From a virus (Duplodnaviria > Caudoviricetes), in IMG/VR virus record IMGVR_UViG_3300032007_004013, positions 20,020 through 84,019 of that record: a DNA stretch of 64,000 nucleotides; one strand, given 5' to 3'. Under the pieces are notes generated by a model. That model saw nothing but the letters and a program-made list of their open reading frames with translations, had not been told where the DNA came from and made no database searches. The position numbers and the translations under genes were made by a program. Within the stretch, counting starts at the first letter, position 1. Each line of letters opens with the position of its first letter. Shown here piece after piece: positions 46,152 to 54,635 of this stretch.

Positions 46152-46398
46152 ATCCGTTGTTTCCGCCTTTTCTCTTAACCGACATCAGTAAGTTTCCGTT
46201 AAGACATTTATCGTAAGCGCCTATAACTACACATTCCTCTATTTTTCCTCGTCCGCTTATGACGTAAACGGTTGTTCCTAATTTGCAAGGCAAAGGAATT
46301 GCGTTTGCTTGAGCTTTTGGAACAAAGCAATTACCTACGATTTGAGGAATCTGATATTGACAAACAAAGTAGCAAGCACAATCTTTACAAAACGTCAT
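46063..46398 (-). CDS. CxDC-start hypothetical protein
   Basis: FCKDCACYFVC..LPCKLGTTVY..WFFEKERAE. Confidence 0.65.
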   Translation of the reverse strand: MTFCKDCACYFVCQYQIPQIVGNCFVPKAQANAIPLPCKLGTTVYVISGRGKIEECVVIGAYDKCLNGNLLMSVKRKGGNNGYDISPSDFGSVWFFEKERAEKYSSEVWWD

Positions 46399-46402
46399 AC
46401 AT

Positions 46403-46756
46403 TTACCTCCATAGTTGCTTGTCCTTATTTTTTCTTATGTAATCAAGAATATCTTCTTTCTTTGTGCTGCATAACCATCCTTGCGAAAGTGCGAGGTAGT
46501 AAATCTTTTCACTATGCACATAGAAGCATATTCCGTGGTTACAATTATCAACATCAGAAAAGAGGTTATCCGGTTTCTTTAGTGCCCAATTAGACCAATT
46601 ACATAACTCCCAACAATAATCCTCGATGCCTTCTCCTATTAGATCTACTTCGATGAAGCCTCGATAAATCATTGTTCCGCACAAGCAGTCGTATATGGAG
46701 ATTTTCTGCTTTGCTGTCTGTGAAGACGCACATTTACAGTTTCTTCCGTCGCTCAT
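46403..46756 (-). CDS. Hypothetical protein
   Basis: Packed ORF. Confidence 0.5.
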   Translation of the reverse strand: MSDGRNCKCASSQTAKQKISIYDCLCGTMIYRGFIEVDLIGEGIEDYCWELCNWSNWALKKPDNLFSDVDNCNHGICFYVHSEKIYYLALSQGWLCSTKKEDILDYIRKNKDKQLWR

Positions 46757-46837
46757 TCTTCCACCTCAGATATTTTACAGCTGCATCATGGTTTGTTTCT
46801 ACCCACCTGCCGCCTATTTTTACGAACGTTATTATCA

Positions 46838-47035
46838 TTACTTTGCTCCTTTGCAAATTGATCTGTGATAGCACCCTTTAGCTTTCTTACAGCTGAAACA
46901 TTTGCTTTCCTCTTTGATCTCGTTCAGCTTAACCATTTTGCTCGGTTGCCGGATGGTTTGGCATGAGCCAAAGTGGGAGCAAGAGCTGCACACGTTAAAG
47001 TGTTTACAGTCGGTTTCCGGGATGAACATCAGCAA
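46838..47035 (-). CDS. Cys-rich hypothetical protein
   Basis: Eight Cys in 65 aa. Confidence 0.5.
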   Translation of the reverse strand: MLMFIPETDCKHFNVCSSCSHFGSCQTIRQPSKMVKLNEIKEESKCFSCKKAKGCYHRSICKGAK

Positions 47036-47679
47036 TCAACCTCCTTTCCAAGCCATTCCTCCTGAAGTTTCCAAACGTATTCTGTGTCAATGAACTCAAT
47101 AGGCAGAGGGCTAAGCTTCTGTGATTCGTTAATCTGAACACCTGCTATGAACTTAGCCATTTCGGTCGGGGACATTTCTTTGATTTTGTCGTAGTTTGTC
47201 TTCTTCTTTTTGGTATTTACGATCTCGTATAAGAAACTGTCAATATAGTTTCCGCTTTCATCCTTAGTCGTTTCGTGGTAGTGGTGTATGTAACCGTTGT
47301 GCTTCTTGCAGAATCTGTCATAGTTCCGCTTTACAGGGTTATTGCCAACAACACACCACTCAACTCTGTGGTGTCGATGTACAAGGTCTTTGAGCTTATT
47401 AAACAAGTCTCTGGCAACGATCAGATTGCCTTTCTCGAACGAGAATAAGCCGAAGTCCTGAACAGTATCACTGTAATCGTTGATTCTGTATGTGAGGAAT
47501 CCAATGACGTTATCTTCAGCATCAACAAACGCATATTGATACAGGTCATCTTTCTCCTCGATCTTCGGCAAGGTGCTTCCGCAGTAATATCCGCAGTAGT
47601 AATAGTAGTCTGTCGTGTACAGATGTTCAGCAAACTTTCTTGTGATTTCATCTGCATACAAGAGTGCAGGTTTCAGCAT
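47029..47679 (-). CDS. GNAT-like acetyltransferase with small C-terminal phage domain
   Basis: YAFVDAEDNVIGFLTY..VEWCVVGNNP..YDRF; C-terminal TNYDKIKEMSPTEMAKFI. Confidence 0.55.
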   Translation of the reverse strand: MLKPALLYADEITRKFAEHLYTTDYYYYCGYYCGSTLPKIEEKDDLYQYAFVDAEDNVIGFLTYRINDYSDTVQDFGLFSFEKGNLIVARDLFNKLKDLVHRHHRVEWCVVGNNPVKRNYDRFCKKHNGYIHHYHETTKDESGNYIDSFLYEIVNTKKKKTNYDKIKEMSPTEMAKFIAGVQINESQKLSPLPIEFIDTEYVWKLQEEWLGKEVDC

Positions 47680-47879
47680 GTCTTTTCCTCCTTTATTTCA
47701 CACATCGAAATAAGCCCTTCTGGTTTTTCGAGATCTCCGATTTTTCTTGATTCGATTTCACAAAAAGGCTCAAAGACACAATTAGCGCACGACAACTGGT
47801 CGCAGCCGATCACCAAGTTTGCAAACTCTTTCTTATTGCAGATTATCTTCATATTTCGTTCTCCTTCATATTCTCGCAA
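47673..47879 (-). CDS. Small Cys-containing hypothetical protein
   Basis: MKIICNKKEFANL..CANCVF. Confidence 0.55.
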   Translation of the reverse strand: MREYEGERNMKIICNKKEFANLVIGCDQLSCANCVFEPFCEIESRKIGDLEKPEGLISMCEIKEEKTC

Positions 47880-48003
47880 AATTCCTCATAGGTCATAGGT
47901 GGGGAGGAGTCGATTACACCATCCATATCCATGAACAGCATCTGAAGCAGATACTCTTTGTAAAGAGTTCTGCTTTCAATGTCATTATCACGAGGCAATA
48001 CAC

Positions 48004-48255
48004 TCACCTGTCCTTGTGGTATGTTTTCAATGAGCCATCAGCGTTATAGAGTGGGGAGAAAACGCCGTCTTTTGATGAAACATACATAACATTCGTTTCT
48101 TTATCGTAGAAGGTTCTGTAGTCATAAGCTCCACTTACATCTATGCACACGAGAGTGTCTCCTGCGTCATCGAAGTTTTCTGCATCGCAGGCAGTCATGC
48201 TTAACGCGAGGAAGCAGACGCAGAGCATTGCAACAAGCATCTTTTTCATTGTCAT
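48004..48255 (-). CDS. Small lipoprotein (DUF6440-like)
   Basis: Lipobox MTAC; YDKETNVMY..PLYNADG. Confidence 0.7.
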   Translation of the reverse strand: MTMKKMLVAMLCVCFLALSMTACDAENFDDAGDTLVCIDVSGAYDYRTFYDKETNVMYVSSKDGVFSPLYNADGSLKTYHKDR

Positions 48256-48974
48256 TTCTTCTCCATTTCTGCCCGGAGGCTGTCTTTGATGTAGTAATCG
48301 AGTCCGATCTTCTGAAATAGAGCTTCAGCTTTTCTTCCAAATTCCGCCCAATCAATGTCCGACTTGTGGTAGTTAAGCTTTCCTATTTTTACTTTGTCGA
48401 AAGCGGAAGAAAAGCAAGAAAACGTAGTCAAAACATATTCATCAACTACAGGTTCAAGCGAAATCCAAGTTCTTATCCCTTGAGCTTTTGCTTTTTCTGC
48501 TATTCCCACTCTATAATACGGGTTTTTGGCTCCCGGCTCACACGGACAAATCGCTCTGAAATCTAACGTGGTGTTGAAAGTCGATACCGAAACTCCATAC
48601 CAATCGTTTTCATCGAGTAGATCAAAATCCCTGCTTCCATCGCCTTTCGTTAGTATCTGAACGTGATTACCACTTTCTTTGAGAATCTTGATTATCTCCC
48701 TTGTAGGCGTTGAATCATATCCAGTGGGGTAGGGATCGCAGGTAAAACACAGATGAATCAGCTTTCCGGTGATATGCTCTCTTTCGATCTGTTTCTTTGT
48801 TTCCTCAACTATGTTTTTTCGCGGCTCCACAATGTTATGGAACGTTTCTTTGTCGCGGTGCAGAACATTTGGAGCAAAACAGTAAAAACACCTGTGCGGA
48901 CATCCGGTGTAGATGTTGAGCGCGAGATCACCGTACTCTTTTGCCGCTCCTTTAGGTTCGTATATTGGTTTCAT
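48252..48974 (-). CDS. Radical SAM protein
   Basis: NIYTGCPHRCFYC (CxxxCxxC); CFTCDPY; ILTKG; WISLEPV. Confidence 0.88.
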   Translation of the reverse strand: MKPIYEPKGAAKEYGDLALNIYTGCPHRCFYCFAPNVLHRDKETFHNIVEPRKNIVEETKKQIEREHITGKLIHLCFTCDPYPTGYDSTPTREIIKILKESGNHVQILTKGDGSRDFDLLDENDWYGVSVSTFNTTLDFRAICPCEPGAKNPYYRVGIAEKAKAQGIRTWISLEPVVDEYVLTTFSCFSSAFDKVKIGKLNYHKSDIDWAEFGRKAEALFQKIGLDYYIKDSLRAEMEKK

Positions 48975-48985
48975 TGGCTATACTC

Positions 48986-49177
48986 CTATCCTCTGTAGAT
49001 TATCATGGCATATAAGGCACTACATGCTTTTGGCACTTGGAATTTTACGTCGAAGACTTCTCCACAAGCATCTTCAATCTTTCTGATTTCTTTATTGACA
49101 GCTTTATCTAAATCTTCTTCGTTGAATTCACATATGGTTTTGACTTTTTTCATTTTTACAAAAGAATAATGTTTCAT
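48986..49177 (-). CDS. Hypothetical protein
   Basis: Packed ORF. Confidence 0.55.
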   Translation of the reverse strand: MKHYSFVKMKKVKTICEFNEEDLDKAVNKEIRKIEDACGEVFDVKFQVPKACSALYAMIIYRG

Positions 49178-49188
49178 CGTGGCTTCCC

Positions 49189-49482
49189 CTACTTTCCATA
49201 CGCAGTTCTTATTTCACGCATAATCTTTGATAGCGAAAATTCGCCGTATTGCAGATAACAAGTAATGGCATCCGCAAGGGTTTCCGCGTTTTCAGCTTCG
49301 GACGGTGTACCGTCAGCGTCAATGCACATATCATCAAGCAAGGCGAACACTAACCGCTGTGCTTCGTGCGCGGTAACGGCTTTACGCCTTGCCAATTTCA
49401 GCGCTTTTTCAAACTCCATAAAAACAAGCTCGTCCGCAGCTTGCTCAGGTGTGAGATTGGGTATATCTTCTCTTTTTATCAT
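49189..49482 (-). CDS. Hypothetical protein
   Basis: Packed ORF. Confidence 0.6.
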   Translation of the reverse strand: MIKREDIPNLTPEQAADELVFMEFEKALKLARRKAVTAHEAQRLVFALLDDMCIDADGTPSEAENAETLADAITCYLQYGEFSLSKIMREIRTAYGK

Positions 49483-49493
49483 TTCACATCATC

Positions 49494-49820
49494 CTACAGA
49501 ATAAATCCTACTTCATTGTCTTTTGAAGTGACTACAAGGTATTCTCTCCCGTGAGGTCTTGATATCACATATTCTTTCTCTCCTGCAACAAGGCATTGAT
49601 ATCCTATCGGGATTTTGCTTTTCGTTTTTGCTACAGCGAATCCTTCAAGCTGTACCGCTGCGAAGCCATCTCTTAACGCCAGACAAAGACCGCAAAAGGT
49701 ATCTCCAACTTCACATTTTCCGACTGTTCCGCTTTCAACTATTTTTACGAATTGTCCTGCTTCCGTTAATGAACTGTCAGCAATAAATGTGAGGACGCTT
49801 TCTCCGTAACCAACAAACAT
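49494..49820 (-). CDS. Capsid cement/decoration-like protein (orphan)
   Basis: GQFVKIVESGTVGKCEVGDTFCGLC..RDGFAAVQLEG resembles DUF2190-like head decoration proteins. Confidence 0.5.
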   Translation of the reverse strand: MFVGYGESVLTFIADSSLTEAGQFVKIVESGTVGKCEVGDTFCGLCLALRDGFAAVQLEGFAVAKTKSKIPIGYQCLVAGEKEYVISRPHGREYLVVTSKDNEVGFIL

Positions 49821-49931
49821 ATCAGTCTTTTCCTCCTTATCTTCTCACAAAGATGAATATTCCTATCGTGATACCTAAAAGGATTCCTACTGAAAACGCA
49901 ACTGCAATCCATCTTACTAACTCGTCCATCA

Positions 49932-50243
49932 TCATTCCTCCGCTTCTATGATTGTCGGGGCATTGTGAACGTAATTCTTCGGATAATTGGCTGTGTTCAT
50001 AGGTTGCCGCAGTAGATCGTCCGCGTCGATCAAACGACCATGCGGAGTAGGAATTTCTACAAGTGGGCAATCACTCAGCTTTTGGTGAATGTCATATACA
50101 TCTGGTGCGCTATCTTGCGCAGAGCAATACATACCTGTATGGTAATCTTCGTAATAAACACAGGCTCCTTTATCATATTCGACGCAGCAAGGACATTCAC
50201 CACATGTTTCAGGAAAATCCAATCCCTTAACGATAAAACTCAT
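49932..50243 (-). CDS. HGRLIDAD-family paralog 1
   Basis: CPLVEIPTPHGRLIDADDL..APTIIEAE. Confidence 0.75.
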   Translation of the reverse strand: MSFIVKGLDFPETCGECPCCVEYDKGACVYYEDYHTGMYCSAQDSAPDVYDIHQKLSDCPLVEIPTPHGRLIDADDLLRQPMNTANYPKNYVHNAPTIIEAEE

Positions 50244-50611
50244 TCTTTGACCTCCGCTTTGATGACTTCTATTCCTTCTTGAAGCCCTTTACTTATTTCT
50301 CCACCAACACGAGCCCATTTCCGCGCTTCTGATTCATGCTCTGCTTCGATGACCGTTGGCGCGTTATCAATATCTCCTTTTGTAACCACATGCTGAGAGC
50401 AACATAAATGATCTATTGAAGGATAGTAATTTCGCATATTCTTTGTGAGTTTATCCGCGTCAATGAGTCTGCCGTGAGGTTTTGCGAGCGGTTCTAAATT
50501 GGCTATCGTTTCGTCAATCACTTGCTCGAAATGCCATAAATCGCAGTGCTGAGTTTGACCTATCTGCTGTTTGAGTGATTTAAGCCATTCGATATTGTCT
50601 TTACAATTCAT
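50240..50611 (-). CDS. HGRLIDAD-family paralog 2
   Basis: KPHGRLIDADKL..APTVIEAE. Confidence 0.75.
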   Translation of the reverse strand: MNCKDNIEWLKSLKQQIGQTQHCDLWHFEQVIDETIANLEPLAKPHGRLIDADKLTKNMRNYYPSIDHLCCSQHVVTKGDIDNAPTVIEAEHESEARKWARVGGEISKGLQEGIEVIKAEVKE

Positions 50612-50801
50612 CGTACCTCTCCTTGTAAGTTATAAGAGCATTATGAAAAACGTAAACTTTGCTTCCTGCTACTGTCTGGACTGATGTAGCTGGTGAGGAA
50701 TACTGTACGTTTACTATTTCGCATCCAGACATTGCTGAAAACATATTTAGCTCATGCTCTAAATCTTCTGGCGTTCTTTTGCTGAGAACTTTATACTTCA
50801 T
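50601..50801 (-). CDS. Hypothetical protein
   Basis: Packed ORF, similar in style to 48986-49177. Confidence 0.55.
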   Translation of the reverse strand: MKYKVLSKRTPEDLEHELNMFSAMSGCEIVNVQYSSPATSVQTVAGSKVYVFHNALITYKERYDEL

Positions 50802-51106
50802 TTTATACGCTCCTCTTCGATGATAACTGGTTGATGGTCGATTAAATCAAGAACAGCTTCTGTCGGTACGCTTTGGTTTGTGCTTGCCATACTTTTGAGA
50901 ACGGCTAAAAGTCTATCAGCGTCTATCAGCGGTCCGTGCTTATCAGGGAGCTGTCTCATAGGGCAGTTGTCGTCTACCGAAAAAGGATCTACCTCAACAA
51001 GTCTTGGACAGCAAATTCCTTCATTGTCACAAGGATTGTACTCGTAAAAGTCGCATCCTTTGCATTGATCTTTTGGCTTATCAACACCTAATAAAACAAC
51101 GCTCAT
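50798..51106 (-). CDS. HGRLIDAD-family paralog 3
   Basis: CPMRQLPDKHGPLIDADRL..QPVIIEEE. Confidence 0.75.
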   Translation of the reverse strand: MSVVLLGVDKPKDQCKGCDFYEYNPCDNEGICCPRLVEVDPFSVDDNCPMRQLPDKHGPLIDADRLLAVLKSMASTNQSVPTEAVLDLIDHQPVIIEEERIK

Positions 51107-51463
51107 TTACTCGCCCTCCGCTTCGATGATAGTTTTGGAATATTCGATTTCAGTGAGTATCTCGATTGCGTCAAATCCCATCGGATTTTCTTTCCTGTTA
51201 AGTCCATTCGTGATGAACTCAATCAGCTTGTCAGCATCAATTAGTCTTCCGTGAGGAGTGGGAACATCTACGACAGGGCAATAAGGCAAACGACCTGTTT
51301 CTCTGATTTTTGTTACATCGCTTTTTTCGGGGTGGTAAGGGAAGTACAACGCGGAACATTCGTAGGTAACATCAATATCACAATATCCTGAAATCAACTC
51401 TTCACAGCACGGGCAATCATCACACTTTTTAGGAAAATCTGCACCTAAGATAAGTAAACTCAT
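51107..51463 (-). CDS. HGRLIDAD-family paralog 4
   Basis: CPVVDVPTPHGRLIDADKL..KTIIEAE. Confidence 0.75.
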   Translation of the reverse strand: MSLLILGADFPKKCDDCPCCEELISGYCDIDVTYECSALYFPYHPEKSDVTKIRETGRLPYCPVVDVPTPHGRLIDADKLIEFITNGLNRKENPMGFDAIEILTEIEYSKTIIEAEGE

Positions 51464-51732
51464 TCACTCGCCTCCGCTTCGATGATTGTAGGTTCATCAA
51501 TCAAATCTCCGCTATACTGATAAGCGTCCGCGTCAATCAGTCTGCCGTGATTTTCAGGAATCTCCACAAGAGGGCATTGAGGATGTCTGCCTTTATTCTG
51601 ATTCGTATATTTAGTTACTTCTTCATTTTTCATCGCTTTACAATATTCATTTAAACCTTTGTATTCTGTTTGGCTAAACCAACAACTGCTGCAACTTATC
51701 GGTAACTTCATTCCCCTAATCATTAGGCTCAT
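51460..51732 (-). CDS. HGRLIDAD-family paralog 5
   Basis: CPLVEIPENHGRLIDADAY..EPTIIEAE. Confidence 0.75.
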   Translation of the reverse strand: MSLMIRGMKLPISCSSCWFSQTEYKGLNEYCKAMKNEEVTKYTNQNKGRHPQCPLVEIPENHGRLIDADAYQYSGDLIDEPTIIEAEASE

Positions 51733-52181
51733 TCTGCCACCCCCAATTGTTCGGAATTATCTAACAGTTCAGGGTTGTCGTGGATTTTTCCTATCACTTC
51801 GAGCTTATCTGAATCTCCGTAGTAATCAATCTCTCTACTACTGCCGTCAGCCTTTCGCGCTCTGTATTGCAGATAGTCTTCATCGAAGTAAACCTCGAAA
51901 ACAGTGTCCCAACAGCCCTTTACGATATCTCCTTCAAATATTCTGTTTTTGTTCTTGTCTTTCTTGCCGATGTATCTCCCGAAGGTTTGCGGAATGATTT
52001 TGCATCCGAACGTTTCGAGATCAACAAGGTTGTAGTTGTCGTCAATCGAAGCACAAGCTCGTTCTCCGTGATTGACTATGAAAATGATGTTTTCTCCTCC
52101 TATGCAAATAGCGATGAAAACTCGTCCTTCAGCCCAACCTTTACCATCTGCACGTTTTCCTCTGAAAACAGCATCTGTCAT
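51729..52181 (-). CDS. YopX-family protein
   Basis: FRGKR..W.EG..GKKDKNKNRIFEGDIV..LEVIGKIHDNPELL. Confidence 0.9.
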   Translation of the reverse strand: MTDAVFRGKRADGKGWAEGRVFIAICIGGENIIFIVNHGERACASIDDNYNLVDLETFGCKIIPQTFGRYIGKKDKNKNRIFEGDIVKGCWDTVFEVYFDEDYLQYRARKADGSSREIDYYGDSDKLEVIGKIHDNPELLDNSEQLGVAE

Positions 52182-52468
52182 TATAACTCACCCCAATCAA
52201 GAAGCTGTCCGCACTTTACGCAGAACGAGTATCTCCGCTTTTCGTGTGCCAATCTGTCGAATATCATTTTTGTGTGGCACACAGGGCAAAAGCCATCTCT
52301 ATCAAATAACATATTTGAGCCATCAGATATTATGCTTTTGGGGATTCTCTGTTTCTGTACAGACTCTTTTGCTATCTCTATAGCTTTATCTCTCTTATCT
52401 ACGTCGTTAGTGTGCTCTGAACAAGTTTTAACCTTGTTCAGCTCTTTGATGACTTCGTAGCCGTTCAT
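52181..52468 (-). CDS. Zn-ribbon protein (CxxC..CxxCGQLLDW family)
   Basis: KQRIPK..FCPVC..FCVKCGQLLDW. Confidence 0.7.
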   Translation of the reverse strand: MNGYEVIKELNKVKTCSEHTNDVDKRDKAIEIAKESVQKQRIPKSIISDGSNMLFDRDGFCPVCHTKMIFDRLAHEKRRYSFCVKCGQLLDWGEL

Positions 52469-52483
52469 GTAAATGTTCCTCCT

Positions 52484-52633
52484 TTAGCAGGAAATCTCGG
52501 TTTCGTCCACTTCCTTAGTATACGGTCCTCTTTTCAGGCAGTATTTGGTTCTACCATCTACTACCTTAAATCCTGTTATAACCCACTTCTTTCCTTCGTG
52601 CGTAACGTATTGGTCCTTCGTGAAAATAATCAT
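52484..52633 (-). CDS. Small hypothetical protein (49 aa)
   Basis: MIIFTKDQYVTHEGKKWVITG...; AGGAG RBS. Confidence 0.5.
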   Translation of the reverse strand: MIIFTKDQYVTHEGKKWVITGFKVVDGRTKYCLKRGPYTKEVDETEISC

Positions 52634-52645
52634 AACTTTTTGCTC

Positions 52646-52837
52646 CTAAAACATTCTTTCTGCGTATTCGCAAGTGAATTTTTCTTTCTTGAGGTTATGA
52701 ACAAGCAGCAGGTTGTCCATCCTTCTTTTCTCGCTCAGACAGCCCCAATCATATCCTCCAATGTTTCGTCCATAAATACAGTTATCGCATGTAACAGGCT
52801 CTTCTTCGTCAAATAAGTTGCAGGCAAAATCGTTCAT
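52646..52837 (-). CDS. Small Cys-containing hypothetical protein
   Basis: TCDNCIY..GCL..FTCEYAE. Confidence 0.55.
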   Translation of the reverse strand: MNDFACNLFDEEEPVTCDNCIYGRNIGGYDWGCLSEKRRMDNLLLVHNLKKEKFTCEYAERMF

Positions 52838-53355
52838 GTCATACTCCTTTGAATGATAGCGAGGTGGGTGATCGCCGAACTATGAAGTCGGTACATCATC
52901 TGCTTGTAGTTGTCGTAATTATCGTTGAAATCTTGGCGATTACCAAAGAGCATGAATTGAACTTCGTCCCAATCCTCAATATCGAGGTATCTCATTCTGA
53001 TTACCGCTTTTTCGTCAGCTTTGCGTAGCTTCTTTACGAGGCGCTCTATGCTGCTGTGTTCACTATCGCGCAATTCAACGAGATGGTTGATTTCTTCTTC
53101 AAGAGCGAGCATTTTTGTGACTGCATTTCCAACTCTATCAGTTACAGCATTGGATGATTTCGGCATACCGCTCAAATTCGGACCGCTTGGCAATTGCGCT
53201 CTGTCGTGCATACGCTCAAGTCGCTCAATTTGATTATCAATCTCTCGGTTAAGGTCGATGTAGTTTGCCAATCGCGTCTTCATTGATTCTCGCTCCTTAT
53301 TCATACTATTGTCGCAGGATTGTCCTCGGACAATAGCTCGATTTTCCTTTTCCAT
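52834..53355 (-). CDS. Late transcriptional activator (RinA/ArpU/DUF1492-like, sigma region-4-like C-terminus)
   Basis: GMPKSS..EKAVIRMRYLDIEDWDEV..YRLHSSAI; GGGAGG RBS. Confidence 0.75.
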   Translation of the reverse strand: MEKENRAIVRGQSCDNSMNKERESMKTRLANYIDLNREIDNQIERLERMHDRAQLPSGPNLSGMPKSSNAVTDRVGNAVTKMLALEEEINHLVELRDSEHSSIERLVKKLRKADEKAVIRMRYLDIEDWDEVQFMLFGNRQDFNDNYDNYKQMMYRLHSSAITHLAIIQRSMT

Positions 53356-53375
53356 TTGAACAATCCTCCCACCTG

Positions 53376-53404
53376 TTGCATTTTTATAAAACTTGTGCTA
53401 TAAT
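53376..53404 (+). promoter_or_regulatory. SigA-type promoter, antisense to early operon
   Basis: TTGCAT-N17-TATAAT with extended TG. Confidence 0.7.
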
Positions 53405-53409
53405 CAACT

Positions 53410-53468
53410 TGTGCGTCATTGATTACAGCCGTCTGCCTTGCATTAGGTGGGCGGTTGTTTCTTTTTAT
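53410..53468 (+). ncRNA. Candidate antisense sRNA of about 55-60 nt ending in an intrinsic terminator
   Basis: ACAGCCGTCTGCCT/AGGTGGGCGGTTGT 14-bp stem with G-U pairs valid only on the plus strand, then TTCTTTTT. Confidence 0.6.
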
Positions 53469-53888
53469 TTAGAACGGCAGATCATCGCTGAATGGCGAAT
53501 CGTCATTGACTTCAACAAAACCATCATCAGAATTATTCTGTTCGTATGCTGCTCCTACGCTCGGTCGAGCAGTTTCTTTATTCCTTCTGGATTTGCCGAA
53601 GTCAACTTCTTCTGCGGTGAACTCTGTTACGGTTCTTTTGTTGCCATTCTTATCTTTGAACTCTCTCGGCATTGCGTAGCCTCTAACTTCGATGCCGTCG
53701 CCTTTTTGAAAATAACTGCTGATGAACTCAGCTGTCGAGCGCCAAGCAACAACAGTGAAGAAATCGGTAATCTCTTTGGTGTGCGGTCTTCTGACAGCGA
53801 GGTTGAACGATGTGACAGGGATTCCGCTCTGCGTATGTTTCAGTTCAACGTCAGTAGAAATGTTGCCGGATAAAATACAACTGTTCAT
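53469..53888 (-). CDS. ssb: Single-stranded DNA-binding protein
   Basis: GNISTDVELKHTQSG..FNLAV..VVAWRSTAE; acidic tail DDLPF. Confidence 0.95.
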   Translation of the reverse strand: MNSCILSGNISTDVELKHTQSGIPVTSFNLAVRRPHTKEITDFFTVVAWRSTAEFISSYFQKGDGIEVRGYAMPREFKDKNGNKRTVTEFTAEEVDFGKSRRNKETARPSVGAAYEQNNSDDGFVEVNDDSPFSDDLPF

Positions 53889-54391
53889 ATCGTTTCCTCC
53901 TCGTATTCGTAATCATCGAAATCTTCTTCAGCAGGCGGCATGAGCTTCGGTTTAGCGTCCGGGAGAGCGTCAGGACTTTCATCAACTTCGACGTAATCTG
54001 CCTGAATCACATTGCCGTCTTCACCGTCGAACAATGAGCCTTGTCCGTTGTCGATGGGCTTCATAACGAAATCCTGAGCGTCCTCGTCCCATACAAGCTC
54101 GTATTCGCCTTTGAATGAGCCGGACTCTTCTGTTTTGATTTGCATTACAGAGGAACATTTGTGGTCGAATCTCGGCTTGTGCACCTTCTTTACAGCATCC
54201 TGAACATCTGAATCGAAGTCGGGAACAGTTACCTCTTCAAGCTTGATCGAGATTTTGAGCGTGAGCGTAGCTTCATCACTCTCTTTGACCTGCATGTTTC
54301 CGAGCGTTCTTTTCAACACCTTGTCGAAATCGCCCCTCATGTTCTTGAAAGCGTCGCTTTCGATGTTAAGCGTCAAAATGTTACCATTCAT
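53885..54391 (-). CDS. Acidic hypothetical protein
   Basis: Packed ORF in replication module. Confidence 0.7.
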   Translation of the reverse strand: MNGNILTLNIESDAFKNMRGDFDKVLKRTLGNMQVKESDEATLTLKISIKLEEVTVPDFDSDVQDAVKKVHKPRFDHKCSSVMQIKTEESGSFKGEYELVWDEDAQDFVMKPIDNGQGSLFDGEDGNVIQADYVEVDESPDALPDAKPKLMPPAEEDFDDYEYEEETI

Positions 54392-54404
54392 TTCTTGTTC
54401 TCCT

Positions 54405-54635
54405 TTACAAGTTTTCTTTTATGTAAGTGTTTCGACATTGTTCACAACAGAAGTCGAACCATACACCTTTTGACTTTATTGATTGCCAGCCTATCTCGCG
54501 CAACTCTCTCTGCGCTTTTGCGTAATCAGGGTAGTTGTCCTCAAATTCAAATCGTTCCTCTTTCTTGCACTGATCGCAAGTGCAAACGATTTCTCCTTCG
54601 CCGTAAAACGGACTCCAATCAATCTCCTTAGACAT
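54405..54635 (-). CDS. Zn-binding hypothetical protein
   Basis: CTCDQC..GW..DFCCEQC. Confidence 0.7.
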   Translation of the reverse strand: MSKEIDWSPFYGEGEIVCTCDQCKKEERFEFEDNYPDYAKAQRELREIGWQSIKSKGVWFDFCCEQCRNTYIKENL

